From Flaccisagitta enflata (Eukaryota), in contig OZ231126.1 in the NCBI GenBank assembly GCA_965153355.1, positions 36,580,001 to 36,644,000 of the forward strand: a stretch of 64,000 bases of DNA, read 5' to 3'. Of the stretch, positions 51,218-64,000 are shown piece by piece. The notes below the pieces were generated by a model. That model saw nothing but the letters and a program-made list of their open reading frames with translations, had not been told where the DNA came from and searched no databases. A program made the position numbers and the translations under genes. Within the stretch, counting starts at the first letter, position 1. Every line of letters starts with the position of its first letter.

Positions 51218-51276
51218 GTACAGTTGAAATCCACTTTTTGAATAAGTGAAATTTTTTTTCATTATAGAGACAAAAA

Positions 51277-51968
51277 TACCAGTAATGGCGGCTGTCGCCG
51301 TGAGGAAAAAAGTAGTAAACATTGGTCACTTTTCACCATGCTTTTATCTTCAGTCACTGAATTTTTTTTTAATTGTTAGATCAAATCAAAAGCAGTTGAA
51401 TGTATTGATTGCACTAAAACCGAGCCAAATGAGCTAGATGAGCTAAAATAATCAAAATATTTCAACAAGACAACCAGCTTTGCTCACTGACATGCTTTCT
51501 TGTATTTGCATGCTTAAATCAAAACATAAGTTTATTCACCCCTTTTTTAGATAAGAAAAAAAGAGCAAGTTAAATGAGCTAAATGAGCCAGAATACTTAA
51601 AAGCCCCCCCACAGATGAGCAGCTCTACTCACTGACATGTTTTTTTTTATTTGCTTAGTTAAACAAGTATGAAAATATTTATACAATTATTGTATTTGAA
51701 ATCAAAAAGAAAAGATAAATACACTCCTTTATTGATCCTACAGAAAATGAAAAAAATTTAAAAAAATCATAGCGCGAAAAATATTTGGCAAAGAGCATTC
51801 TGCTTGGCGCCAAATTAAAGAGAATAATCAAATTTACTTACTCTGTCAATTTCATTGGAGGCCCCAATCAGCCGGATGAGATACCTAACTTTCTCATAAG
51901 AAATTGAAAACCCTGTTTCTCTGGAATATGTTAAAAAGTCGAAGACTGACTTCGACTTTTTTCCCGAT
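51277..51968 (-). mobile_element. Long HINE-like element in the transposase intron
   Basis: Reverse-complement similarity to 48933-49762; hairpin AAAAAGTCGAAG..CTTCGACTTTTT. Confidence 0.65.
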
Positions 51969-52018
51969 CAGTAATTTTTAAAAACAAATGGTAAAGAGAT
52001 ATTTTTTAAAACCTGCAG

Positions 52019-53993
52019 TGATGGAGCTATGTTGGAGCGACTTGGGATCAATGCTAACTTTATCAGAGCAGATAAAACTTATCTGCAGTTCTCAGCAGTT
52101 GATTCAGTCATCTCTTTTTCATATGCTGACATGTTGAAAAAATCTGTGTCATTGCCAAGGAGTCAGAGTGATATTAGAGGAAGGGAAGGTATATCTTCTC
52201 ACGACCAAGATGGATTTACTCAAACTGATGCAGAAGAAATAATAGATGCATTATTAAGGGCATTTATTGTTAGTCAAGAAGAGCAACCCAGTAGATCAGG
52301 AGTAGGTTCCCCAGTTGAAGTGGATCCATTAAGAAACTCAAGAATTGCTCATGAGAGTGAAATTGGCCATGCACCCAACCTGAATACTGAACCAACCGGT
52401 GTCACTATAAATGCTGAAGGGCATTCAATTGATTTGCAAGGAGCTTTTGGACCCTTATTTCCGATTGAGCCAATTGAGCCCCAAGTGAGTAACACTTCTA
52501 CTAATGAGGAATTGGAAACTGAAGGAATATCAGCCAACACTTTGGTTAAGACGGTATCTTATATCCCCAAACCACACTGCCCTTTTTGCAACGCTGTTAT
52601 TGAAGATTCTGATTCCACTGCTACCCTTACCCACAAAGGTGTCCTAGGCATAGTGCAGGCAGCTAAGAAATGTGAAGATGGTCTAGATATTGCTGTAGGC
52701 CAAAAGGTTCACCTGGAATGTCGATCAAATTATATCCATCCCAAAAACATTGATTTAGTTGTGAGGAAGAGAGTGGAGAGAGAAAGATCAGAGAGTCCAA
52801 ACTTGCGTTCACATCAGGCACCTTTTAGTTTCCGAACACAATGTTTCTACTGCGGAGTAACTGTGGATCCTGAAGATCCAACAGTTTACAGGTGTCGTCA
52901 ACTAGGATTGAAGCAGCCTTTATTAGAAAAGTGTGCTGAGCGAAATGATGATGTGAGTAATGTGATCAGAGGTCGGCTTGAAAGTGTGAATGACCTCCAT
53001 GCTGCTGATGCTGTGTACCACAAGCAATGTGCAAGCAACTTCCAAAACAACAGAGGAATCCCATCAATCTATCAGTCAGAGGAGCAAGTTGCAAAGAGAC
53101 CAAAAAAAGGTAGGCCAAAAGATCCAGAACAAGAACAAGCCTTTTTAGATGTAGCACGATACCTAGAAGAAAATGATGATGAGCAAATCACTGTGTCTAA
53201 TCTAGTTGCTCGAATGAAGTTTATGCTCAAAGATTCATCATCCTCAGAGTACCATAATGTGCATATGAAAAGAAAGTTGCAGGAAAAGTTTGGTGATGAC
53301 ATTATTTTCACTGAAATAAATGGATTACCAAATGTAGTTACTTTCAGACCAAAAGCAAAAAACATTTTGCAAGAGTTTTACACAAAAAATGAGCAAGGAA
53401 GTGATCCTGATAGAGAAAAAGAACTTATTCTCAAAGCAGCAGCAAAATTGCTGAGGGAAGATATCAAACTTGTAAAAACTGACAACACTGTATATCCTGA
53501 CTTGTCTGTTTCAGAAATTCCAAAAAGTTTGGACTTTCTACCTGAGTCTCTAAGGTCATTCTTGAACCTTATGATAATTGGAAAAAATGTCTCATTAAAA
53601 CAGGCGTTCATTGGTCAAGCTTTGATGCAAGCTATCAGACCTCGTGTTTTAATGGCACCTTTGCAATTACAGCTTGGTGTGCAGATGCATCATTTATATC
53701 GGTCAAAATTTCAACTGGAGGTACTGCACAAATTTGGTATAACCACTGATTACAAAGAAGTTATTAGGTATGAGAGAAATGCTGCTGTGGCACATGGTAC
53801 ACAAATTGAAGGCCATAGTTCTGAATTCATACAATGGATGGCCGATAACGTTGATCATAACCTCCGTACCATTGACGGAACAGGAACGTTCCATGGTATG
53901 GGGGTTATATCAACAGTTACGCCTGGTCTTAGACAGAGACAGGTTGTGCCAAGGAAGACCATCACTGCTGAAGATCTCCGAACAGCTGGGAAA
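52019..53993 (+). CDS. Academ transposase, N-terminal part (Zn-binding C/H motifs, start of catalytic domain)
   Basis: CPFC, HLECRSNY, CFYCG, DLHAADAVYHKQC, ADNVDHNLRTIDGTGTFHGMG; the frame is broken by an insertion. Confidence 0.8.
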
Positions 53994-55087
<1,094 letters not shown>

Positions 55088-58024
55088 ATTCATTCATGTA
55101 GGGATGAAAGTCGTGGTTTTGCAAAAATCTCCTATAAAAGCTTGCCTAAGCCTGGCTACGTTGATCCCACTGGCTTCTTAGAGTTGATTTGGAAATGCTC
55201 TATCATATTTGGAAAAGAGAGGCCAGCTTGGTCTGGCACAATGCAGTTTGTTCACAAGGGCAGTCATCCTGGAAAGGCCTCCATAATGTTCCTTCCAATG
55301 ATAGACATGAGCCCTAGTGACCCTGATTGTATATTTTCAACACTCGTCTTTGTTGCAGATCATGCCAAGAAGTACAATTCCACCCCTGTCATAACCTTTG
55401 ACCAACCTCTTTATCATAAGGCAGTCGGAATTGTTCTATCTGAACCTGATGACAGCCCTGTTAAGAACACTGTTGTAAAGTTGGGTGGTTTGCATACCAT
55501 CATGAGTTTTTTAGGTGCCATAGGTTACTTGATGTCCAATTCAGGCTTGGAAAGTATCCTGGAAACCATCTACGCCAAAAATAGCATTGATCACATTATG
55601 TCTGGAAAAATCATTTACAGAGCCATACGGGGTCACATAATAGTCGATTCTGTTCTAAATGGTCTACTTCTATCAAAAGTTTTCCATGATCCCATTTCAA
55701 CCATGGAGAAAGGCAACGAATTAGATCAGAACAATGCAATGCATGTGCTCTTCAGTAAACTTGAGGTCTCACAAAAGGCCATGATGGATGGTGAAAAAAT
55801 AGAGGAAATTCCAAAGGAACCCTTGGATGAACTTGATAAGCTTCTCTCAGCTCAAAAGGAGAAACTTCAATCAAGCAGAATGGCAAGATTTTGGCTTCAG
55901 TATATGTCTATGGTTGACATATTGAAAAAATACATAAAAGCAGAGAGGCTTGGAAACTATCCTATGCACCTTTTTAGCTTTGCTGAATTGCTCAAATTTT
56001 TGGCGGCAGCTGGGCACAACAACTATACAAAGTCAGGCAACATATACTTGCAGCAAATGCATGAATTAGAAATGACTCACCCAGATGTTCATCACCATTT
56101 TTCAAATGGGCTTTTTGTAGTTCGAAGGAGTGAGAGATTATGGGCAGGAATCCCCAGTGATCAGGTGATAGAGCAATGTCTTATGCGCAATTTGAAGACC
56201 AGTGGAGGATTGACACATGGGAGTGGCATGAGTGAAGAGCAGAGAAATGTATGGACTCTTTCAATGCCATTTTGTGCATCTGCACATCAAGCCATACAGG
56301 AAATGACAAATACCACAAGAAAAAGTGGAGAGCAGCATACTGAGATGGGACCATCTAGGATTAGTCGTGATTGGAAAGATACACAGCTTGTAGCTGAATT
56401 CTTGCATGAAAGAAATCCATTTGAGTACGGAGATGTTTTTTGCAACATTGCCAATGGTGTTCATGCAAACCCATCAGTCAATTGCGACAATGCTCAAGCC
56501 ATTGGTGAAAGCATTTTAGAAAAGATGGTTGGAGAGAAAGTAAGTGATTTTTCTTTTAAGAGGAAAGATCAGGCAGTAACCATGGGAAGCAAAAATGGTG
56601 TCAAAGTCGATGGAGAAATTGTGCAGTTTGAGCCACATATCTTGTTTCAAAAACTTGCTGTTGCAGCTGAGAGGACTGACAATATTGATCCAGAAACTAT
56701 TTTCAAGCATGAATTAACCACCATCCCCAAGGCTCTTGCTGAAACTCCTGAATTACTTCACGAGGCCCAAAAGTCCACTCTTGCAGATACAATATGGTCA
56801 GCTGTAAATCAAAATACAGTTTCCATTCCTGATGATGTAAGGTTTGTACTCGATGGAGGCGCTCTGCTGCACAGAATTCCATGGTCACGAGGTGCTTCCT
56901 ATGAAAGCATCTTAGAAACATACAGCAAGTATGTTGCTACCAATTATGGTAAAGCTGTGGTTGTTTTCGATGGATATAAAGAATTTACAACCAAAGATAT
57001 GACTCATAAACGCCGTTTGAAGGGAAAAAAAGGAGTTAGCATCACATTCAGTTTGGATATGAATCTAACTGTCACAAAAGAGGTATTCCTCAGTGACTCA
57101 AAAAACAAACAACAATTCATTGACTTTCTTGGCACCAAACTCACAAATCAAGGCTGCCAGGTTTTTTATGACGAAGCAGATGCAGACCTTCTCATTGTCC
57201 AAAAGGCAATTGAGTCAGCATCCTCCATGGATACAGTTTTGATTGGAGATGACACAGATTTACTTGTCCTCCTGTTACATCATTTGCCTCAATATGGCAA
57301 AGATATTTTTTTTACTTCAGATCGCAAGAAAAATACAAAAGGACGAGTGTGGAATATCAAAGAGGTCAGAGCAAAACTTGGCACTTTTTTATGCAAACAC
57401 ATACCATTTTTGCATGCATTTTTAGGATGTGACACAACATCTCGTTTATTTGGCATTGGAAAAGGCTCCATCATCAAAAAATTCAGAGAAAACAAATCTC
57501 TCCAGCAAGCTGCAATAGTCTTTGACAATCCAAATGCCACTCAGGCCCAGATAGATCATGCTGGTGAAGCAGCATTTGTTGTTATGTACAATGGGAAGAA
57601 ATCAGATACCTTAGATGGACTGCGATACAAGAAGTATTGCGACAAAGTTGCCACAAGCTTGACACAAGTGGACCCTAAAGTTCTGCCTCCCACCTCTGCT
57701 GCTGCTAAGTTTCATAGCAGGCGAGTCTTCCTGCAAACAAATCAATGGAAGGACCCCCAATGTGATTTGCTAGCGGAGGAGTGGGGATGGGTCCGCAAAG
57801 ATACTGGGTTGCATCCAGTACTGACAGATATGCCACCAGCCCCTGCTGAGCTTTTAAAGATCATTCGATGCAATTGTACCACTGATTGTGCAACTGCAAG
57901 ATGCACTTGCAAGAAACATGGAATGAAATGTTCAATGGCTTGTGGGCATTGTAGAGGCTCCTCATGTTCAAATGCCAGCACCTATGTAGAAGATGAAGAT
58001 GAGAGTGATTCTGAAGAAGACTAG
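55088..58024 (+). CDS. Academ transposase, C-terminal part with XPG/FEN1-like nuclease domain and terminal Cys-rich (CXC-like) finger
   Basis: TFDQPLYHKA, LGGLH, DQVIEQ; XPG-like VLDGG, VVFDGY, EADAD, DDTDLLVLL, GCDTTS..GIGK; CNC..C...RCTC.K....C..ACGHC....C.N. Confidence 0.85.
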   Translation: MHSCRDESRGFAKISYKSLPKPGYVDPTGFLELIWKCSIIFGKERPAWSGTMQFVHKGSHPGKASIMFLPMIDMSPSDPDCIFSTLVFVADHAKKYNSTPVITFDQPLYHKAVGIVLSEPDDSPVKNTVVKLGGLHTIMSFLGAIGYLMSNSGLESILETIYAKNSIDHIMSGKIIYRAIRGHIIVDSVLNGLLLSKVFHDPISTMEKGNELDQNNAMHVLFSKLEVSQKAMMDGEKIEEIPKEPLDELDKLLSAQKEKLQSSRMARFWLQYMSMVDILKKYIKAERLGNYPMHLFSFAELLKFLAAAGHNNYTKSGNIYLQQMHELEMTHPDVHHHFSNGLFVVRRSERLWAGIPSDQVIEQCLMRNLKTSGGLTHGSGMSEEQRNVWTLSMPFCASAHQAIQEMTNTTRKSGEQHTEMGPSRISRDWKDTQLVAEFLHERNPFEYGDVFCNIANGVHANPSVNCDNAQAIGESILEKMVGEKVSDFSFKRKDQAVTMGSKNGVKVDGEIVQFEPHILFQKLAVAAERTDNIDPETIFKHELTTIPKALAETPELLHEAQKSTLADTIWSAVNQNTVSIPDDVRFVLDGGALLHRIPWSRGASYESILETYSKYVATNYGKAVVVFDGYKEFTTKDMTHKRRLKGKKGVSITFSLDMNLTVTKEVFLSDSKNKQQFIDFLGTKLTNQGCQVFYDEADADLLIVQKAIESASSMDTVLIGDDTDLLVLLLHHLPQYGKDIFFTSDRKKNTKGRVWNIKEVRAKLGTFLCKHIPFLHAFLGCDTTSRLFGIGKGSIIKKFRENKSLQQAAIVFDNPNATQAQIDHAGEAAFVVMYNGKKSDTLDGLRYKKYCDKVATSLTQVDPKVLPPTSAAAKFHSRRVFLQTNQWKDPQCDLLAEEWGWVRKDTGLHPVLTDMPPAPAELLKIIRCNCTTDCATARCTCKKHGMKCSMACGHCRGSSCSNASTYVEDEDESDSEED

Positions 58025-58910
58025 ATCTAAAATGTAATCGCTTTCATGACAATTGATGTAAAGTTTTTTCTTAATACTTGTATTATAATTTTCTCTATTG
58101 AATTGTGGAATTTCCATTGTCTGAGACACAGTATAGATGCTGAAGCTTCTGGTGATCATTTTATGAGCTAGCTATTTTGAGCCATTGTTTTCATTGATAG
58201 AAAATTTTGGTTCAAACTTAAACATTATATTATGAAAATTAAGTTGTTGATAGGCTGTTCAGGTCACCTATATAATCTTTCTTTTGGTCAATCCTCATAA
58301 AAATATTAGGGATGAATACAAATATAAGATTAAGAGATTGTATACAAAGTTTTTTTATACTTTTGTACATGTTTCAAAATTTTCTATATATGAATATTTA
58401 CCATTTTCGCCATATTTTTCATGCATTTACATACGGCCCAACCAGCGCCATTACAGAGTTCATACCTTGGTCAACTTTTTTTCTTAGCTTAGTGCAACCC
58501 ATGTAGGGTGCAAAACCGCAAAAAAACTCTCTATTACATTTTTGTTAGGGTGGATTTTGTAATATCCCTCCTCTATATGCATACCAAATCTTATTGATCT
58601 AGCCCAAAATTAAGTATGGTTTTTATACCTTTTTCTATGTAAAGCTGTGTCAGGAGGAATTTTTGAAAAAAACATTTTTGTAGCGGATAATTTCAATACA
58701 AGAACAGAGGGGAAAAATTCGCACTTTCAAAAACATCAGATCCATTGTATGACATTTTACTAGCATCTGATTTTTTTCATTTTTCAGATTTTTCATTTTC
58801 TATGCGAATCTAAAATTATCCGTAGCCATAGTAACGCTCATTTCTTCAGCCAGAAATCATGAATGTTCTTTGTTCTCTGATGCCAAGTGCACAAGCTGTA
58901 CAAGTTCTAC

Positions 58911-58939
58911 AGAAAGAAAGAAAGATGGGAAGGAAGAAA

Positions 58940-59003
<64 letters not shown>

Positions 59004-59615
59004 AGAAGGAAAGAAAGAAGAAGGAAAGAAAGAAGAAGGAAAGAAAGAAGAAGGAAAGAAAGAAGAGGGAAAGAAAGAAGAAGGAAAGAAAGAAGAAGGA
59101 AAGAAAGAAGAAGGAAAGAAAGAAGAAGGAAAGAAAGAAGAAGGAAAGAAAAAAGAAGGAAAGAAAGAAGAAGGAAAGAAAGAAGAAGGAGAGAAAGAAG
59201 AAGGAAAGAAAGAAGAAGGAAAGAAAGAAGAAGGAAAGAAAGAAGAAGGAAAGAAAGAAAGAAAGTAAGAGAGAAAGAAAGAAAGAAAGTAAGAGAGAAA
59301 GAAAGAAAGAAAGTAAGAGAGAAAGAAAAGAAAAAAAATAATAAAACAGGAAAAGAAATGAGCAGGGAAAGAAACAATCAGAGAAAGATAGAAGCAGAGA
59401 GTAAAGAAGAAAAGTGAAGAGAAAGAAAGAACGAAAGAAAGACAAAAATAAAAAGAAAGAAAGAGAGAGAGAAAGAAAGAAAAAGAAAGAAAGAGAGAGA
59501 GAAAGAAAGAAACAAACAAAGAAAGAAAAAAAACGAAACATAGAAAGAACGAAAGAGAGAAAGAAAGAAAGAAAGAAAAAAAGAAAAAAAAGAAAAAAAA
59601 AAAAGGGAGAAAAAG
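58911..59615. repeat. Purine-rich simple repeat: (GAAA)n and a 15-bp AAGGAAAGAAAGAAG unit
   Basis: Seen directly. Confidence 0.92.
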
Positions 59616-60942
59616 GGAAATTTCTGTGTTTTTTTTTTTACAAAATCATTTACAACTTTTTTTTTGGAATACAAATTCGAATTGATTTTTTCACTAAATC
59701 ACTTGTGGTCACATAGGTAATCACCAGAAAAAGTCAAATTTGGCAAGGAAAGAACTTCAATTTTGACCTCTCGTGAATAGCAAACGAGACCAGATTGTTC
59801 ATGATGTCTTAATGAGATCAACAAAGTTATGTGCATACACCAAGGTATCTTTAAGGACCACATTCAAGCTGATTTATTAGACCTCAAGCTCATGCCGTTA
59901 GTCCTTCTAAACCGGCCGCATTTAAAAGAGAAATCGGAAAATTCACGGGGACTCAGATTCCGGATCTAAGGTCAATCTCTACCCATGGCTATCAAGGCCC
60001 CAATTCCGCGCTAAATGCCCTTCTTTTTCCGCCTTCAATTTGATTCCACAATAGAAAATTTTTGTCATCACTCTTTGGCCTGATTTTTGCCCTCCAAGCC
60101 CTCAAATAAGCATTTCCAAGCCTCAACTCAGACCTCTACACTTAAGACCACCCTCCAGACCTCTAGCTCTAATCAGCCCTTATTTACCCCTTACATTGTA
60201 ATGAATAGGGAGAAGGAAGAGGAAGAGGAAGCTCCAATACTTTACTATGGGAAAGGTAGAGTTGGCACGACTGTAAATGATAAAATCTCATGAACTTTTC
60301 CTTCTAGTTCTCAGATTGTTTTGTGATTGTGCATGGTCTGATGATATGTCCGATTGGCATTTCCAAAGTAGGTTGATACCGACCTCCCCAATGCTCAAAT
60401 CCCAGCCTTGAGGCCTAATTCCCAGCCTTGAGGCATAAATCCCAGCCTTGAGGCTCAAATCCCAGCCTTGAAGCTCAAATCCCAGCCTTGAAGCTCAAAT
60501 CCCAGCCTTGAAGCTCAAATCCCAGCCTTGATGCTTAAATCCCAGCCTCGAGGCTCCAATCCCAGCCTCGAGGCTCCAATCCCAGCCTCGAGGCTCCAAT
60601 CCCAGCCTCCAGGCTCCAATCCCAGCCTCGAGGCTCCAATCCCAGCCTCAAGGCTCAAATTCCAGCCTCAAGGCTCAAATTCCAGCCTCAAGGCTCAAAT
60701 CCCAGCCTAAAGGCTCAAATTCCAGTCTTTAGGCTCCAATCCCAGCCTTAAGGCTCAAATCCCAGCCTTAAGGCTCAAATCCCTGCCGTAAGGCTCAAAT
60801 CCCTGCCTTGAAGCTCCAAACTTGCTAAGCATAGGTCATCGGCCCCTTCGGGGCCGCTGCCCCTCTTACCACCACACATCCACATAAAATCACGTGGGGC
60901 AACGGGTACCGCTATCTAACGCTTTTGCGACTATTAGTGTTA

Positions 60943-62745
60943 CTCTGAATTTTCCGCTTGTATTTATTCAGGATGGACTTCCGGAACTAGGATCCAGCTT
61001 CAAAGAAATTTTTCTTGTGGCGCCTTTTGAAAAAAATCCAAAATTGATTATTTTTCATCCTACATTGCACCCAGATTTTAGAGGGTTGTTAGAAAACCTT
61101 TTTAGATAGCATATTTGAATTCCTGATGAAATTTCCATTCGTTTGATAGGTCGCACTATATATTTTTCAAAAGAAATCAAATTTTCAATTTTTTAGCCAC
61201 CGTTACTTTTTGTAATGATGGTTTAAAAACTAAAAATTTTATCTCTTTTTAAAAATACATAATGCGACCTATCAAATGAAAGGAAATTTCATCAGGTATT
61301 CAGATATGGTATCTAAAAAGATCTTCTAACAACTCTTACAATGCTGACTTCAACAGTCAGCGGACAAAACGCAATAGGTATATATATCACTCTGTTGGTT
61401 TTGATTCAACCCACTGATGTTGAACAGAATGCTGTAAATAATAACTGGTTGTTGAAATTACAAGTTACAATTTTCACTAAATAGAATGAGATCTGCAGAT
61501 TCATAATCCTGATGAAATTCTGAGAAGTTTGATATGAAAGTTGGACAACATCACTACTCAACCCCACTTTACCTAAGGATGAGAGCCTTTGGAGCTCTCA
61601 CTGGTGTTTAATCCAGACCCATCACAACTATCCTTAGTAGTCAAAATAACAAAGTTTATCTTAGCATTATCATGAAATAATTTAAAACAACAATCCAACC
61701 AGAAAGAAAAGATCCATAATTTTAACCTGTTTGATACAAGTGCCATTGACAAGAAAGAGTACCAGATGATTGTGCTGAACTGTGGACGCGTAGTCCCTCA
61801 CATCCATCTGATCTTCCCATTGTAAAAGGTTCATGCAACCCACAACCTAAAATCAAAACCCTCTCCACTGAATGAGACCATTCCCTCAAACATTCCATGT
61901 CAACCCAAAATAAAAGATGCAAAGTAGTTAGCATATCCCTTTTATTTATAGCATACAAATTACCAAATGATGATGTAGCTATCCAAAGATAATCTAGATC
62001 TCAAAGGCAATGTTGTTAAAAACCATACCATTAGAGGCAAGAATCGAGAATCAACCATATGGGATCGCCGGCATTCTATACCATGGTACTGAAATATATG
62101 AAAGTTGGACAACATCACTACTCAACCCCACTTTACTTAAGGATGAGAGCCTTTGGAGCTCTCACTGGTGTTTAATCCGGACCCATCACAACTATCCTTA
62201 GTAGTCAAAATAACAAAGTTTATCTTAGCATTATCATGAAATAATTTAAAACAACAATCCAACCAGAAAGAAAAGATCCATAATTTTAACCTGTTTGATA
62301 CAAGTGCCATTGACAAGAAAGAGTACCACAATATAAACTTTTACCACAATATAAACTTTTATATAAAAATAAAAATTTTTATCAATGTTTAATCTAATTA
62401 TAATGCAATGTTTAAAAAATTATTTATTACCAAAAGTGTTAAGTGTGACATATCAAATTTCTCAGAATTTCATCAGAATTATGAATCTGCAGGTCTCATT
62501 CTATTTTGTGAAAGTTGGATTTTTGCCAACTTTGTAACTTAACAGCCGGCTGTAATTTCAACAACCAGCTGTTATTTACAGCATTCTGTTCAATATCAGT
62601 GGGTTTGATCAAAATCAACGGAGTGATATATATTCCTATTGTGTTTTGTCCGCTGACTGTCAAAATAAGAGAAAAAACAATCAATTTTAGATTTTTTTCA
62701 AATGGCGCCACAAGAAAGATTTTTTTGAAGCTGGACTTTATATTG
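60943..62745. mobile_element. Long-TIR non-autonomous element (family of 1902-2492) with internal cargo
   Basis: Left end matches 1902 onward; 61355-61535 is mirrored by about 62450-62660; internal 233-bp direct repeat. Confidence 0.6.
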
Positions 62746-64000
62746 TAGAAGAACTGTCATTCAGCCCATCTTTTCATGAAAAGCAATCAAAGTGCAAAAT
62801 TTGACTTGAAATAGGGATATTCATTGCATATATCTGTTTAAAAGTCAGTGAAAATGGCTCATTGTGTTGTGTTTTTTCATCATTTTACTTAATATTTCTA
62901 TGCAAATCTTTTCTGAAGAGTGTGACTCTAAGTAAAAAAAGAGGGGGCGCTTATTGGAGGGGGGCGCTTTATGGAAAAAATACGGTAATACTGAACCACC
63001 TGGCGGTAGTTTGAACGGATGGTGCCCGTGACTGCCCGTGTCTTACAAGACATCGGGCTTTTGGGGCCGCTGGCCTGTTCTCACTCCACTCCTTAGACGA
63101 CTAGTTTTTATATCAAAAGCTTTGTCCCTTGTAACCATTTCCTTTTGGATGCATCCTTGCATATCTTGCATACCTATCAACATATGTTGGTTCCTTGGTC
63201 GGTCAATATGACTTTGAAAAACGGGTGATATCACTTTTGATAGTAACATTCCTCGTTCTTGATACCTTTAAAGCCCTCCTACATTCATTCATTAATTCAT
63301 TTTTTTATTTATTACAGCCAAGTAAAGGAAATCTGCCCAAAACAGATAAGATCTTTGACATATCCTTGGCATAGTATACTTTTTATTTTTAGTCGCGTGC
63401 TACGCGACTCTACACCCCGCTTTGTCCGTCCATTGGTCGGTTGGTCCCCATTTTACTTTTTTTATATTTTTGTAGTCTTTGGCTTCACTGCACTTGCCAA
63501 AACGCTCTAGAAACTCAAATACTGCCCCTGCCCACCCACACGCGACTAGGGTAGCCGTGTATCCGGCCTTGTTTATAAGAACATCATTTTTTGACCAAAG
63601 CCTTCGCAAGAGATAGCTACTAATAAAATAACTACGCTGTTCTTATAAACTAGGTTCTTATAAAAAATAAAGAGTGTATGAACCACTCTGATGTAACACT
63701 GTCTGGTAGGGGCGTCTTTCGGCCTTGCTACAGTCATATTCATGAAAATAATCGCCGTAACGAAATCTGCATTTCATCAGCCAATAATGAAAAAAAAAAA
63801 CTTTCAGAAAAAAAAATCATGAATTCGAACAACTCATTAAATGGAGCCTATTAGTGTTTAGTCTCCTTAGCTAGGGCAATAAACGAATTAGGTCAATGAC
63901 AGGTGGCCTATTACTTTTTCTTTGGTCCTTGAGTCGGGTTAGCCCAAACATTTGCCTACCTGGAGGACAGTCGGTCAGATAGTTTTACCTTGATTACGAC

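Noticed and set aside
58846-59716. Long K/E/R-rich and F/S/L-rich ORFs; likewise the (CA)n, (GA)n and (TGAA)n ORFs elsewhere
   Set aside because: These are simple-sequence repeats that lack stop codons by composition.
60385-60820. Regular 21-bp repeats resembling a CRISPR array or a repeat protein
   Set aside because: The units are tandem with no unique spacers, there are no cas genes, and the context is eukaryotic. It is a minisatellite.
61570-61945. Minus-strand frame open if TGA is read as Trp (possible NUMT)
   Set aside because: The translation does not resemble any mitochondrial protein I recognise.
62940-62988. Single pogo/Tc1-like terminus (...AAAAATACGG|TA)
   Set aside because: I could not identify a matching other end, so no element boundaries can be supported.

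Overview
Repeat-rich, intron-containing eukaryotic DNA, most likely from an invertebrate animal. (1) A 10-exon innexin-family gene lies on + at 8991-29247 (about 649 aa when spliced by hand). Its exon 2 is enclosed by two oppositely oriented copies of a 4.4-5.8 kb CAC...GTG non-autonomous DNA transposon with 4-bp TSDs (Chapaev-like). (2) A three-to-four-level nest of TIR elements with intact TSDs spans 33310-41256. (3) A gene with an MGA-type CxxxxCxxGCxC motif lies at about 43306-46256. (4) An Academ (AcademX-type) DNA transposon spans about 48320-58852. Its spliced transposase/XPG/Cys-rich ORF (about 1780 aa) is split by a 1.1 kb Helentron-like (HINE) insertion. The rest is MITEs, foldback elements, many DINE-1/HINE-like repeats, and micro- and minisatellites, which explain most of the short ORFs. 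All family assignments come from motif and structure recognition, not database searches.
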